From an uncultured delta proteobacterium (lineage in GTDB: Bacteria; Myxococcota_A; Polyangia; Fen-1088), in assembly GCA_963737265.1 (NCBI GenBank), contig CAVTRY010000016.1, forward strand, positions 192,001-256,000: a DNA stretch of 64,000 nucleotides. The letters run 5' to 3'. Positions 31,225 to 41,366 of this stretch are shown piece after piece. How positions within the stretch are numbered: the stretch's first letter is position 1; each line of letters begins with the position of its first letter. A model generated the notes under the pieces. It was not told where the DNA came from. It saw only the letters and a list, made by a program, of their open reading frames with translations, and searched no databases. A program made the position numbers and the translations under genes.

Positions 31225-32748
31225 ATGCGATTCACGGCTCTGTCAAAATTCCTGATTCTTGTCGTCGTCCTAGGCGCCATGGGAGCAGCGGTTTATCGCT
31301 GGCGGCACACGCTTCCAGACCACACCCCGGCGACACCAGGGACTGCGGGGGAAGCGCCCCAAGGCACCACGCCCGGCAAGGGCAAGCGCATCGTCGTTGG
31401 CGTCAATGATTTTGGCGGCGCCTATCCCGGACTGGTTGCCAACGACGGCACTCTGGCCGGACCGGCATCCGCGTTCGCCAAGGCGGGTCTCGACGTCGAG
31501 ATTCGGTTGGTCAAAGGTTCCAAGGAACGGCTCGACCAGTTCGATTCCGGCCAAATCGACGTCATGCTGCTGACCCTCGACTACCTGGCCAATCTTTTTC
31601 CCGAATACCAGGCGAAGAACGTCGACGTGCAAGCCTTCCTGATGGCCGACTGGTCGCGGGGAAACATGGGCGTGGTGACCAAGCCCGAGTTCACGACCAT
31701 CGAATCGCTCAAAAAGGCCCGCATCACTACCACGCGCAACACGCCCACGCACTACTTCCTGCTGACCCTCTTCGATCGCTCGAACCTCAAGCCGAGTGAG
31801 ATTGAAATCATCAAGAGTTCCTTCGTCTTCGCCAAGAAGACCCCACTGGCCGGCGAACTGTTCCAGCGTGGCGAGGTCGATGCCGTCGCCATCTGGGAGC
31901 CCTACCTCTCGCGTGCCGTCGGCGAGGCTAAGGGGCGACTTCTAGTGTCGACGGCCACGGCCACCAATCTCGTCGCGGATGTGCTCTTCGCGCGCGCTAG
32001 CTTCCTCGATGCCAACGCGGACGTGATGCCGGCCTTTATTCGCGCGTGGTTCGAGGGGGCGAGAAAACTTCGCGAGGACAAGCAGTCGTCGGTCGCAGTC
32101 ATTGCCAAGGCCTTCGCGCAAACCACCGAGGAGACGGCCGCGATCCTGAGCAAGATCAAACCGGCCACCTTTGCCGACAATCGAGCCTTCTTTGGCCTGG
32201 AAACCGAGACCTCGCCCTATGCCACGCTGTTTACGGAAGCCGCCGAGATCTGGAAGCGCGAAGGCGTGATCAAGGAGATCCCCAATCCGCGCAAAGCCGT
32301 CCGCACCAAGTTCCTGGAGGCCGTTGCCCCGGACTACGCCGGAGAAACGGTCCAAGAAGACTTCACCTTTGCGGCCAAGGGGGCCAAGGGCGAGGCGCTG
32401 CTTTCCAAGAGCATGTCGATCTATTTTCGCTCCGGCTCGGCCGAGCTGGATCCCAACGCCCGCCGGGTTGTGGACGCCTTCGTCGAACGCGTGGTGGGTG
32501 TGTTCCAGAACGCCTACCTGCGCGTGGAAGGAAACACTGACAACGTGGGCAATCGAAAGTCGAACGTGGCACTGTCGCGCCAGCGCGCCGAGGCCGTGGT
32601 CGACTACCTTGTCACCCGGCACCGGTTCCTTCCGGCCCGCTTCGTGGCGGTCGGCAACGGACCGGACCGGCCGGTGTCCGACAACAAGACAGACCAAGGG
32701 CGCGAATGGAACCGGCGCACAGATTTCCGTGTGGTGCCCAACTTCTAG
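31225..32748 (+). CDS. Membrane-anchored NMT1/SsuA-like substrate-binding protein fused to an OmpA/MotB C-terminal peptidoglycan-binding domain
   Basis: AAGGAG RBS; N-terminal TM; DWSRG, GEVDAVAIWEP, ADVLF; IYFRSGS..VEGNTDNVG..NVALSRQRA..NRRTDF. Confidence 0.88.
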   Translation: MRFTALSKFLILVVVLGAMGAAVYRWRHTLPDHTPATPGTAGEAPQGTTPGKGKRIVVGVNDFGGAYPGLVANDGTLAGPASAFAKAGLDVEIRLVKGSKERLDQFDSGQIDVMLLTLDYLANLFPEYQAKNVDVQAFLMADWSRGNMGVVTKPEFTTIESLKKARITTTRNTPTHYFLLTLFDRSNLKPSEIEIIKSSFVFAKKTPLAGELFQRGEVDAVAIWEPYLSRAVGEAKGRLLVSTATATNLVADVLFARASFLDANADVMPAFIRAWFEGARKLREDKQSSVAVIAKAFAQTTEETAAILSKIKPATFADNRAFFGLETETSPYATLFTEAAEIWKREGVIKEIPNPRKAVRTKFLEAVAPDYAGETVQEDFTFAAKGAKGEALLSKSMSIYFRSGSAELDPNARRVVDAFVERVVGVFQNAYLRVEGNTDNVGNRKSNVALSRQRAEAVVDYLVTRHRFLPARFVAVGNGPDRPVSDNKTDQGREWNRRTDFRVVPNF

Positions 32749-32769
32749 CGACTGAAAAGAACCAAAGCC

Positions 32770-34491
32770 ATGAAGCGAATCGTACTTGCCCTTCTTGCCG
32801 TCCACCTTTCCCCAACCGCGCGGGCGCAATCCGCGAACGACCCCATCCCGCTCGACACCATTGCCAGACCCGCCAACCAGACCACTGGACACGGCGGACG
32901 CAAGTCGGCGCGCGCACTGCCTGGCGAAAACCAGAACAAGTTGGTCGTGTTGTTGGTGGCGGACATGTTCCGCGCGGATTACTTGACCCGCTATGCTGCC
33001 GACTTTGGTGCCGGTGGATTCAAACGCTTGCTGGGTGACGGCGCGGTTTTCCTCGGCCGATACCAACAGCAGAACACCTATACGGCGGTGGGCCACGCCA
33101 TCATCGCCTCGGGTGCGTACCCGTACGTGAATGGAATCGTGCAAAACAGGTACTACAATCGCGAGCGGAAACAGGTCGAATCGATGCTCTTCGATCCCGC
33201 GTCCAAGCTGCCGGGGTCGCAAAGTACGCCCGAGGATGAAACTTCGCCGCGAAACCTTCTGGGATCGACCGTGGGGGACGAGCTCAGGCTGGCTTCTCCG
33301 TCGTCCAAGGTTGTTGCGGCTGCCATCAAGGATCGCGGGTCCATTCTGCTTGGGGGTCATCTTGGCCAGGCGTACTTCATGGCCGACGCCACCGGCGACA
33401 TGATCACCAGCAGTTACTACGCGGCGAAACTGCCCGATTGGGTCCAGGCCTTCAACGCGCGCAAGGTAGCCGATGCGGTCCTCGGCAAGACCTGGCAACG
33501 ACTGCTGCCCGCCGATCGCTACCATGAACCCGACGACTACCGCATGGAATTCGATGGCAAGGGCCTGGGGCGAGTTTTTCCGCACCAACTGACGGCCAAG
33601 GAAAAGCACCTTGGCGCGGACTACTACGCGGCCTTCACGCACACGCCGTTCGCGCTCGACTACACCTTCGAATTTGCGCGCGCGGCGCTTGACGGCGAGC
33701 AATTGGGCAAACGGGGCGTCACCGACATCTTGGCGATTTCTATTACGCCAACGGACATTGCGGGGCACGCCTTTGGTCCCTACAGTCAGGAGATGCACGA
33801 CATGGTGGTGCGGCTCGACCGTGGTTTGGCCGCCTTCCTGCCCGAACTCGACCGGCGGTTCAAAGCCGGCGAGGTCACGGTTGTGTTCACCGCGGATCAC
33901 GGGGCCGCGCCCATTCCAGAATGGAGCGACGAACACAAGCTCGGCGGTGTGCGCATCAAGAAAGCCACCATCAAGAAGCAAGTCGAAACCACGCTTGCCA
34001 CCCGCTATGGCGAGGGCAACTGGGTGCTTGCCTTGGAAGATCCCAGCGTGTACTTGAACCGCGAACTCATGGCGCAAAAAAAGCTCGACCCGGCCGAGGT
34101 AGAGCGAACCGCGGGGGAAGCCATCTTGGCCCTACCAGGATTTCTTGGGTACTTTACGCGAACGCAGATCCAGAACGGATGGATCCCGCCCACCCGCTTG
34201 GCCCAGTCCGTGGTGCGTTCGTATGCCAATCGCAGCAGCGGCGACGTCATCACCGTGGCCGCGCCATTTTCATTCTGGGGCAAGTACGCAGAGAAAGACT
34301 GGGGCACGACCCACGGAAGCCCCTATCGCTACGACACCGATGTGCCGCTCATTTTGATGGGAAAGCCATTCCGCCCCGGCTACTACGGCGAAACCAGCAT
34401 GGTGGACCTGGCCGCCACCTTGTCCGAAGTGCTGCGCCTGGCACGGCCATCCGGATGCGAGGGCGAGCCCCTGAGCGCGGCCCTGAGGTAG
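32770..34491 (+). CDS. Alkaline phosphatase family protein (PafA/PhoK-like, Thr nucleophile)
   Basis: ADMFRAD, TYTAVGHA, KDRGSIL, DIAGHAFGP, TADHG, THGSPY.YD..VPL. Confidence 0.9.
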   Translation: MKRIVLALLAVHLSPTARAQSANDPIPLDTIARPANQTTGHGGRKSARALPGENQNKLVVLLVADMFRADYLTRYAADFGAGGFKRLLGDGAVFLGRYQQQNTYTAVGHAIIASGAYPYVNGIVQNRYYNRERKQVESMLFDPASKLPGSQSTPEDETSPRNLLGSTVGDELRLASPSSKVVAAAIKDRGSILLGGHLGQAYFMADATGDMITSSYYAAKLPDWVQAFNARKVADAVLGKTWQRLLPADRYHEPDDYRMEFDGKGLGRVFPHQLTAKEKHLGADYYAAFTHTPFALDYTFEFARAALDGEQLGKRGVTDILAISITPTDIAGHAFGPYSQEMHDMVVRLDRGLAAFLPELDRRFKAGEVTVVFTADHGAAPIPEWSDEHKLGGVRIKKATIKKQVETTLATRYGEGNWVLALEDPSVYLNRELMAQKKLDPAEVERTAGEAILALPGFLGYFTRTQIQNGWIPPTRLAQSVVRSYANRSSGDVITVAAPFSFWGKYAEKDWGTTHGSPYRYDTDVPLILMGKPFRPGYYGETSMVDLAATLSEVLRLARPSGCEGEPLSAALR

Positions 34492-34555
34492 GGCACGCAC
34501 GGGTCCCCTCCGATGAAGGGTCGCGGCGAGGCAAGACGGTCTTAGCTCGAGCCAG

Positions 34556-35251
34556 TCAATCCTTCTGCCGATCCATGATGACGAGTTTTTGCCAGATTTT
34601 GCCGATGAGACCTGCTGTGAGATCTTCAAGGTCATCAACGGCGTCGAGAATGACGGGGTCGGCAAGCCCTTCGGCGTACAGCGCCGCTACCTTGCCAACC
34701 AGAGCCAACAGCTCGCAGGAATAGTCGAGGTAGCGCCGAAGCTCGACCTCGCCGAGAGTCCGTTTCGGCGACGAGGCGGTCGGGGGCGCCCCCACCAGGA
34801 TAGCCTTGGGATCCTTGGTGAGCTGATGCATGTCAACGATATGGGCGACGGTTCTCAACTTGTGAACCATCCGAAGCGTGCGGGTACGCTTCAAGCGATC
34901 CTCGATCTTAAAAAGGAAAAAGATGCCGGTGCCGAGAAAAAACAGGGTACCCAAGGTCGCCTCGCTTGCCTGGATCAGCTCCGCGAGGGCCGTGACCTGA
35001 AAGTTTACGTGCAGGTGGCGCACGGCAATGGCAAGCACGGACAAACCGGCAAGGAGGAGGAGTGAGACGCCGACTCGCAGGGGGATGTTTGGGCGTCGCA
35101 GTCGGTCGACCTCGGTGATGGAGTCGCGGGTGATCTCGGCGAGTCGGGCCGCCAGTTTGCTGAGACTCGCGTCGGGAAAGCGCTCGCGGATGCGCTGTCC
35201 GAGGCGCTCTGTCGTTCTCAGGATCTCGCCTGCGTCCAGTCGTTCGTACAT
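34556..35251 (-). CDS. Conserved-looking 2-TM hypothetical protein
   Basis: Clean ORF with two TM segments; motifs RIRERFP, AHIVDMHQLTKDP, RYLDYSCELL, KIWQK. Confidence 0.7.
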   Translation of the reverse strand: MYERLDAGEILRTTERLGQRIRERFPDASLSKLAARLAEITRDSITEVDRLRRPNIPLRVGVSLLLLAGLSVLAIAVRHLHVNFQVTALAELIQASEATLGTLFFLGTGIFFLFKIEDRLKRTRTLRMVHKLRTVAHIVDMHQLTKDPKAILVGAPPTASSPKRTLGEVELRRYLDYSCELLALVGKVAALYAEGLADPVILDAVDDLEDLTAGLIGKIWQKLVIMDRQKD

Positions 35252-35331
35252 GGTGTTACGCAGGAAGCTAGGCCCAAGTCAGGCTGGTCAAGCTGCCGCC
35301 CCCTCTATATTCCCGCGAGATTCCCACCCAC

Positions 35332-35919
35332 TCAGGCTGGACCGGGCTTCACGTCGCCCACGGCACCGAAGAAAACGCGCGCACCTTGCAAACGCCCCTC
35401 CTCGGCCGCGCACTTGCTGCGCACGGATTCGAGGTCGCGCTTTAGCGTTTCCACGGCCGAGCGCTGCTCGTCGATCTGGCGCTGCAGATTGCTCATGGCA
35501 GCCTGGCGCTCGCTGGACGCCTTTTCGACGTCGGCGCGCTTGGCGTCGGCCACGGCACGCACCACGACGATCTTGCGGGCAGCGTCCCGCAGCACGTCGG
35601 TGGGCGCCTTGCCGATAGCGCCGAGAAAGGCCTTGGCCGCGGCCAGCTTCGAGGCTTGCGGCAAGCTCTCGTCGAGTCCGTGCAAAAAGCGTTCGAGCGC
35701 CTCGACTTCGTCGGTGTTGGGAATGCCCGCTTGATCGTAAAGGGCCTGGAAATCGAGTTCGCCCTGCGCCACTACCTGGGCGGGCCCGGCAAAGCTCGTC
35801 GCATCCGCGCCAGGGTCCTCGGGAACCTGGCATTTTTCGAGTTCGGCCATGGCCGCGCTCGTGGCCTCCTGGCCGGTGTCGGTTTCAACGAAGAGGGATT
35901 TGAGTTTGTTCCATGCCAT
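35332..35919 (-). CDS. Coiled-coil protein with N-terminal amphipathic helix
   Basis: [11 protein letters not shown] start; long heptad C-terminal half; divergent from pspA. Confidence 0.75.
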   Translation of the reverse strand: MAWNKLKSLFVETDTGQEATSAAMAELEKCQVPEDPGADATSFAGPAQVVAQGELDFQALYDQAGIPNTDEVEALERFLHGLDESLPQASKLAAAKAFLGAIGKAPTDVLRDAARKIVVVRAVADAKRADVEKASSERQAAMSNLQRQIDEQRSAVETLKRDLESVRSKCAAEEGRLQGARVFFGAVGDVKPGPA

Positions 35920-35994
35920 GGGAGCCTCGCCTGCGCGGCGGATTATAGGTTAGACTCATCCTTTGACCCAGCCCGAGTGAACAAGGAGCGAGAT

Positions 35995-36705
35995 ATGTCC
36001 GAAGGCGGTGGATTCTTCAAGCGACTTTCGAACCTGCTGAGCGGCTTCATGAGCCTGTGGATCTCCGACGTGGAGAAGGAGCATCCGGAGATCGCCTACG
36101 AAAACGCCATCAACGCCATGGTGGAGAAATACGCCAGGCTCAAGCGCGCCACCGCCGCCATCATCCGCCGCCGCGACGAAGTCAACGAGCGCTACACGAA
36201 CCAGGCCAAAGAGCTGGCCGAGGTCACGTCGGATCTGGACGTCGCGGTGCAAACCGCCAAGGACGATCTCGCCCTCATTCTCATCCAGAAAAAGAACCAG
36301 CTGGAAAAGGAAGTCGCCGATCTCAAGACCGACCTCGAAACCGCCGGCACGGACGCAGGCAGCGCCAAGGCTTCGCTGTTGCAGGTACAGGCCGAGATTA
36401 AGAAGTTGCAGGCCGAGAAGGACAACATGCTGGCTAAGATGGAAAGCGCCAAGGCGCGCATCCGCATTCAGGAACAGCTGGACGGCCTGAGCGTGGATGC
36501 CGAGGTCAAGGCCCTCGAAAACGTGCGCGGCCACATCAAGAACACCATCGCCGAGGCCAACCTCGGCAAGGAGCTGTCCGAGTCGACGCTCGATCAGAAG
36601 CTCAAGGCCCTGCGCGCCCAGACCGGCGACGTGACCGCGCGCAGCCAGCTTGACGAGATGAAAGCCAAGATGGCGGCGAAAAAAGCCGCGGTCAAGACTC
36701 TTTGA
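35995..36705 (+). CDS. PspA/IM30 (bacterial ESCRT-III) family protein
   Basis: AAGGAG RBS; [13 protein letters not shown] amphipathic helix; EHPE..AI; DDLA; [10 protein letters not shown]; ~236 aa coiled coil. Confidence 0.85.
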   Translation: MSEGGGFFKRLSNLLSGFMSLWISDVEKEHPEIAYENAINAMVEKYARLKRATAAIIRRRDEVNERYTNQAKELAEVTSDLDVAVQTAKDDLALILIQKKNQLEKEVADLKTDLETAGTDAGSAKASLLQVQAEIKKLQAEKDNMLAKMESAKARIRIQEQLDGLSVDAEVKALENVRGHIKNTIAEANLGKELSESTLDQKLKALRAQTGDVTARSQLDEMKAKMAAKKAAVKTL

Positions 36706-36743
36706 TTTCTTAAAGACCCCGCTTGAAGTCGCAGGAGCCGCGC

Positions 36744-38579
36744 ATGCACCCAGCTTGGGCCGAAGAACTTCGACAACGTTACCGGCGCGGCGAGGCCAGC
36801 CAGTTCATCCTGCACGGCAATGTCTTCGATGTCGTTGCCTGGGACGGCAAGCTCATTCCGCTCGGCACCTATCTGGCCGAGAACCTGCTCGGCGAAACCA
36901 AGGACATCGTGGCGGTCTTCAATCTCGCCAGCGGCGGCACCTTGGTTCGCCGCAAGGCCGACCTGGGCGGATTCGAGGATCTGGTGGTGCAGCGCCAGCC
37001 GAGCAAGTTTCTGCCCGCCATGGAGCGCATCCTCAAGACGCGCACCAAGGTCGCCTTGGTGGTCGAGTACGCCGAGACGCTGGCCCCGGCCGCCGACGCC
37101 GCCATGATGAGCGAGGAAGATCGCACCGCGGTCGTGACCCTGCACCGCTGGTCGCTTTCGCCCGAGATCGCCGACTCGGACAACGTGGTGTTGCTGCTGG
37201 CGGAAAACCTGTCCGAGCTTCATCCCAAGCTGGTGTCCAATCCACGCATCGCCACCGTGCGCATCCCCATGCCCGACGAGGCCACCCGCCGCACCGTCGT
37301 GGATCTAGTCATGCCGGGCGCCGACGCCGCGTATGCCGCACGACTGGCCAACGTCACCGCGGGACTGCGCGCGGTGCAGATCCAGACCATCTTGCAACCC
37401 CCGCCAGCGGGCGCCGAGGACGGCGAAGAAGATCGCTTCAAGTTCATCCACGGCCTGCTGGGAGCCACGGACGCCGCCGTGCCCAGGGCGCGCAAGCTGG
37501 CCGCCATCACCAAGGGCATGGGCCGCGACGAGATCCGCGTGGTGGTGGCGCCCGACGCCGCCCAGGGAACGCCCGACGACGTCGCCAAGCGCGAACGCGA
37601 CGAAATCGACAGAATCATCACCCGGCGCAAACGCGAGATCATCGAGCGCGAATGCTACGGACTTATCGAATTCGTCGAATCGAGCCACGACTTTCGCGTG
37701 GTGGGCGGTATCGAGGGCGTGAAAACCGAGCTCGTGCGCATCGCCAAGGCCATTCGCGAAGGCCACACCGAGCGCGTGCCCATGGGCATTTTGTTCACCG
37801 GCCCCATGGGCGCGGGCAAGACCTTCGTGGCCGAGGCCTTCGCCAAGGAATCCGGGCTGACCACCATCAAGCTCAAGAGCTTCAGGTCGAAATGGGTCGG
37901 CGCCACCGAGGCGAATCTCGAACGCATCTTGCAAGTGATCCAGGCCATCGGCCAGGTGGTAGTCATCATCGACGAAGGCGACCGCTCGTTCGGCAACCAG
38001 AGCGACGGCGAGGGCGATGGTGGAACCTCGTCTCGGGTCATCGCGCGCCTCAAGGAGTTCATGTCGGACACCAGCAACCGTGGCCGCATCCTCTTCATCT
38101 TGATGACTAACCGGCCCGACAAGCTAGACGTGGACATCAAACGCGCCGGCCGCCTCGACCGCAAGGTGCCGCTGCTGTACGCCCAGACCGCCGAGGAAGT
38201 CGAAGCCGTGCTGCTGGCCCAGGTCCGCAAGCACAAGCTGACCTGGGATGTGACCTTTCCCGCGGATCGTATCGAGATTTCGCAACCCATGCTTGGACTT
38301 TCCAACGCCGACTTCGAGGCCATCACGCTGCTGGCCGCGGAATACGCCGCTGGACCCGAGATGGATCTCGTCGTCCGCATCGGCAAAGTCCACATGGTGC
38401 AAGCCATGGCGGACTACCTGCCCTCGCGCGACGGCAAGATGCTCGAATACATGGAGCTCTTGGCCGTGTTCGAGGCGTCCAATCGCCAGATGCTTCCCAA
38501 GAAATACCAAAACATGACTGCCCAGGAATTGCAGGCGCGCCTTGATGTCTTGCGCCTGGAATGCGGACAGCGGCGATGA
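36744..38579 (+). CDS. Classic-clade AAA ATPase with a degenerate N-terminal AAA-like domain
   Basis: Walker A GPMGAGKT; pore loop SKWVG; Walker B IIDEGD; sensor 1 MTNRPD; Arg finger RAGRLD. Confidence 0.9.
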   Translation: MHPAWAEELRQRYRRGEASQFILHGNVFDVVAWDGKLIPLGTYLAENLLGETKDIVAVFNLASGGTLVRRKADLGGFEDLVVQRQPSKFLPAMERILKTRTKVALVVEYAETLAPAADAAMMSEEDRTAVVTLHRWSLSPEIADSDNVVLLLAENLSELHPKLVSNPRIATVRIPMPDEATRRTVVDLVMPGADAAYAARLANVTAGLRAVQIQTILQPPPAGAEDGEEDRFKFIHGLLGATDAAVPRARKLAAITKGMGRDEIRVVVAPDAAQGTPDDVAKRERDEIDRIITRRKREIIERECYGLIEFVESSHDFRVVGGIEGVKTELVRIAKAIREGHTERVPMGILFTGPMGAGKTFVAEAFAKESGLTTIKLKSFRSKWVGATEANLERILQVIQAIGQVVVIIDEGDRSFGNQSDGEGDGGTSSRVIARLKEFMSDTSNRGRILFILMTNRPDKLDVDIKRAGRLDRKVPLLYAQTAEEVEAVLLAQVRKHKLTWDVTFPADRIEISQPMLGLSNADFEAITLLAAEYAAGPEMDLVVRIGKVHMVQAMADYLPSRDGKMLEYMELLAVFEASNRQMLPKKYQNMTAQELQARLDVLRLECGQRR

Positions 38580-38594
38580 CCAAGGAGACGAGCC

Positions 38595-39053
38595 ATGGAA
38601 TTTTTCCCCGAGATCCCCATTAGCGATCAGCAGGCCCAAGCCATTGCCCGCGGCCTTTACACCCTAGCCGCCGTCGACGGCGTGCACGAACGCGAAGCAG
38701 CCCTCATCGCCAACTTCTACGGCACCACGGCCGGCGGCGAGGCGCACCCTATGACCAGCCTGGCCGAGATCGAGCGGCTCGGACCGCTTTCGCCCGCGGA
38801 GCTGGCGGCCGCCTTGGCCGGCGACGACCTGCGCCAGCTGTTCGTCAAAGCGGCGCTGCTGCTCGCCTATATCGACGGCACAGTGACCGCCTCCGAACGC
38901 GCCCAGATTGCGGCGTACAGTGCCGCCCTCGGCGTTTCGGCGGATCGGCAAGCGGCCCTCGAGGAATCCGTGCGCGACCACCTGATGCAGCCCCTATCCC
39001 GCCTGGACAACAGCGAGGAAGTGGGCAAAGTCGCCAAACAGCTCGGGCGGTAG
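38595..39053 (+). CDS. TerB-like protein
   Basis: LAAVDG.HERE and LAYIDG.VTASERAQI..ALGV duplicated TerB motifs; AAGGAG RBS. Confidence 0.75.
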   Translation: MEFFPEIPISDQQAQAIARGLYTLAAVDGVHEREAALIANFYGTTAGGEAHPMTSLAEIERLGPLSPAELAAALAGDDLRQLFVKAALLLAYIDGTVTASERAQIAAYSAALGVSADRQAALEESVRDHLMQPLSRLDNSEEVGKVAKQLGR

Positions 39054-39272
39054 GGCAACTGGCGGGGTGAACCTCATGAAGGCAGTGGACCTTGGCATCT
39101 CCAAGGTTCGTGTGGCGCTGCCGGGGCGTGGGTAGACACGTCTTGAGTTGACTTAGTCGACTGCTTAGTCCACCCGTGAGGCATGAAGTCGGTCAATGTT
39201 CACGACGCAAAGACCAGGTACTCCCGGCTGCTGGCGATGGTCGAGCGAGGTGTCCAGGTGCTCAGCTCCGAC

Positions 39273-41054
39273 GGGTGGGTTGCACGGGTCCGGGTTTCAT
39301 GACTGGGCGGCCTGGGCTTGGGTGTGAGGCCAGAGGGCGAGCCAGGCCCCCGGGTTGTAGAAGGCAACCCTGAGCGCGACCATGGCTTCAAGGCCGACCT
39401 CGCTCCAGAGCATGCCGCCTTGCTTGCAGCGCCGGCCGACGAGGCGCTTGTTGGTGCTTTCGATGGCGGCACTGGCCAGCGGATAGCCGGCAGCGTGGTA
39501 TGCGGGGTAGTCCATCATGTGCTTGTGGCGGCTCAGGTAGCCGGTCAAGTCGTCGAGGGCTTTGACCGCTTGGCTGCCGGTGGAGCGCTGCCGCTCTTGG
39601 GCGAGGCCCGAGAGCACCTGGTCGACCTTGCCGTCCATGATGGCCTCGGTACGTGGCAAGACCCAAGATGGCACTGCTTTCTTGTCCGGCACGACCTTGT
39701 GACCTGCCTCCCAGACATGCTGCTTGGCGTGCTGGCAGTCGAGGATGCCAAGCAACGGCTGGTCGCAGAAGATCTCGTCGCTGTGCTCGATGAAGTAAGC
39801 GCCACCGTCGGAGACACGGACTACCTTCTGGCGAGACAGCACGCCCTGGGTCGTGGCGGCGGCGTGCAGCTTGTGCCAAAAGCCGTCTCGGTCGTTGAGT
39901 GTTGCGACGTAGCGCCGGTCCAGCAAGACGCCTCGGCCGGGGCTCTCCTCGCAGGCGTGTTCCCCGAGGTAGGTCAGTCCCATGCACACCTCGCGGCCGG
40001 CGACCCGTGGTGAGCGCCCGGTGGGCCCCATGGGCGAGCCAGCGACCTCGGACAGGGTACTCGGCGCCTGATGGCGAAGGGCACGTTCGCCGGTCTCGCT
40101 GACCGCTGCCGACTGTGTGGCGTTCGGGACCGCAGACGGCGCCTTCGCCTCGTCGGTCGCTTTGCGCCGTGGCTCTTGTCCTGGTTTCCAGGTCAGGACG
40201 TGAACACCGTCAACCTCAATCACGCCGAAGCCCTCTGTACGCTTGGGCGCACACAGGTCACCGCGAGCCTGGGCGTGCACCTGTTGGTCGTACTTGCTCC
40301 AATGGGCTTCGGCATCGGCCTGGGCGGCCTGGGCGGCACGCGTTCCATCTTCGGTCACCCATCGCTTGGCGGTGCTCCCGTCGGGAGCCACGGCCCACAG
40401 GTAACGGAGTTCCTCGACGGCCTCGTCGAAGCTGCCCATCCGGCAGGCCAGCCTTTCGGTCGCCTCGCGCACATCGTCGGCGTATTCGCCCGCAGGAAGG
40501 CCCCAAGCCTCGTCAAAGGCAAACCAGCTGCGGCCGCAAACACACTCGTTGCGTCGACGATCGGCTTCCACCCGACCGAATCTCGCCACGAACGTCGTTC
40601 TCTCAAATCCTCTGGATTTGGCTTGCTTTCCACAGGTGCAGACTTGTCCAGGTCCATGAGCCCGCGCGGCCTGCTGGATGACCAGTTCCATGGCTCTTCG
40701 GCCCACAGTCGACAACGTCGTCGCCAGCGCAGCCCCCAGCGTCGCCACGGACATGCCATCGCCGCGCAGCGCTTGTTGTTCGAGCTCGTTCAATTTCTGG
40801 ACGAGCGGTTCCAGAGCCTGCAAAGTCAATCCTGCGACATTGGGTCGTCTCATGGCGGTGCCTCCTTCTTGGATAGCTGAAGGCATCGCCATGAATCTCC
40901 TTCCTACGCAAATTCCTTCCATTTTGGGAACCACGCCAGGGCCCGTTTTCCGAGCGCGCCACCCACCAACTCGCCCTCGAATCAACGTCCCGTAGCGCGC
41001 TCGGAAAACGGGCCCTTCAGCCGCCACCAGAACCCGGGCCCGTGCAACCCACCC
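39273..41054 (-). mobile_element. ISKra4/ISLre2-type IS, copy 2 (1782 bp)
   Basis: Same TIRs as copy 1; perfect 9-bp TSD AGCTCCGAC (39264-39272, 41055-41063). Confidence 0.93.
39297..40853 (-). CDS. ISKra4/ISLre2-type transposase, copy 2
   Basis: Nearly identical to 29155-30711 (one visible A/T amino-acid change). Confidence 0.88.
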   Translation of the reverse strand: MRRPNVAGLTLQALEPLVQKLNELEQQALRGDGMSVATLGAALATTLSTVGRRAMELVIQQAARAHGPGQVCTCGKQAKSRGFERTTFVARFGRVEADRRRNECVCGRSWFAFDEAWGLPAGEYADDVREATERLACRMGSFDEAVEELRYLWAVAPDGSTAKRWVTEDGTRAAQAAQADAEAHWSKYDQQVHAQARGDLCAPKRTEGFGVIEVDGVHVLTWKPGQEPRRKATDEAKAPSAVPNATQSAAVSETGERALRHQAPSTLSEVAGSPMGPTGRSPRVAGREVCMGLTYLGEHACEESPGRGVLLDRRYVATLNDRDGFWHKLHAAATTQGVLSRQKVVRVSDGGAYFIEHSDEIFCDQPLLGILDCQHAKQHVWEAGHKVVPDKKAVPSWVLPRTEAIMDGKVDQVLSGLAQERQRSTGSQAVKALDDLTGYLSRHKHMMDYPAYHAAGYPLASAAIESTNKRLVGRRCKQGGMLWSEVGLEAMVALRVAFYNPGAWLALWPHTQAQAAQS

Positions 41055-41366
41055 AGCTCCGACGGCCGGCTTGACCCCTACGGCATCCGGCGCCTGGCCC
41101 CGTAGCCGAATTCGTCTAGATGGCTAGTGCCGTCCGCCAGAATTTCAACCAGCACTTGGCTGCGTTGAACCTAAGTCGGGCTTGCCCGATGCGAAGGCGC
41201 CCAGGCCAGCGATGCGCCGCCCGCCACGTCCTCCCTGCATGACGTCGAAGGCGCGCACGCTCGCTTCCGTCGTCGAGCCGCGCATGAACCATCTTGGCCA
41301 TCTGGGAGCCTCCGTAGTACAAATGGCATTTCGTATGACAGGGCCGCGTCCGTCAAGCAGGGCAAC

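Larger units (their letters stand above)
39183..41105 (+). pseudogene. Collapsed Phd/YefM antitoxin - PIN toxin remnant, interrupted by IS copy 2
   Basis: Removing the IS gives MKSVNVHDAKTRYSRLLAMVERG-VQVLSSDGRLDPYGIRRLAP*; GACTTAGTC palindrome upstream (39150-39158). Confidence 0.6.

Noticed and set aside
20872-36705. Functional link between the spermidine-synthase fusion and PspA
   Set aside because: More than 10 kb apart, separated by unrelated genes and an IS; the fusion is disrupted.
29131-41054. Composite transposon formed by the two IS copies
   Set aside because: The outer flanks (ACCAGCACC, AGCTCCGAC) do not match. Copy 2 has its own perfect TSD and copy 1 a near TSD, so these are independent insertions.
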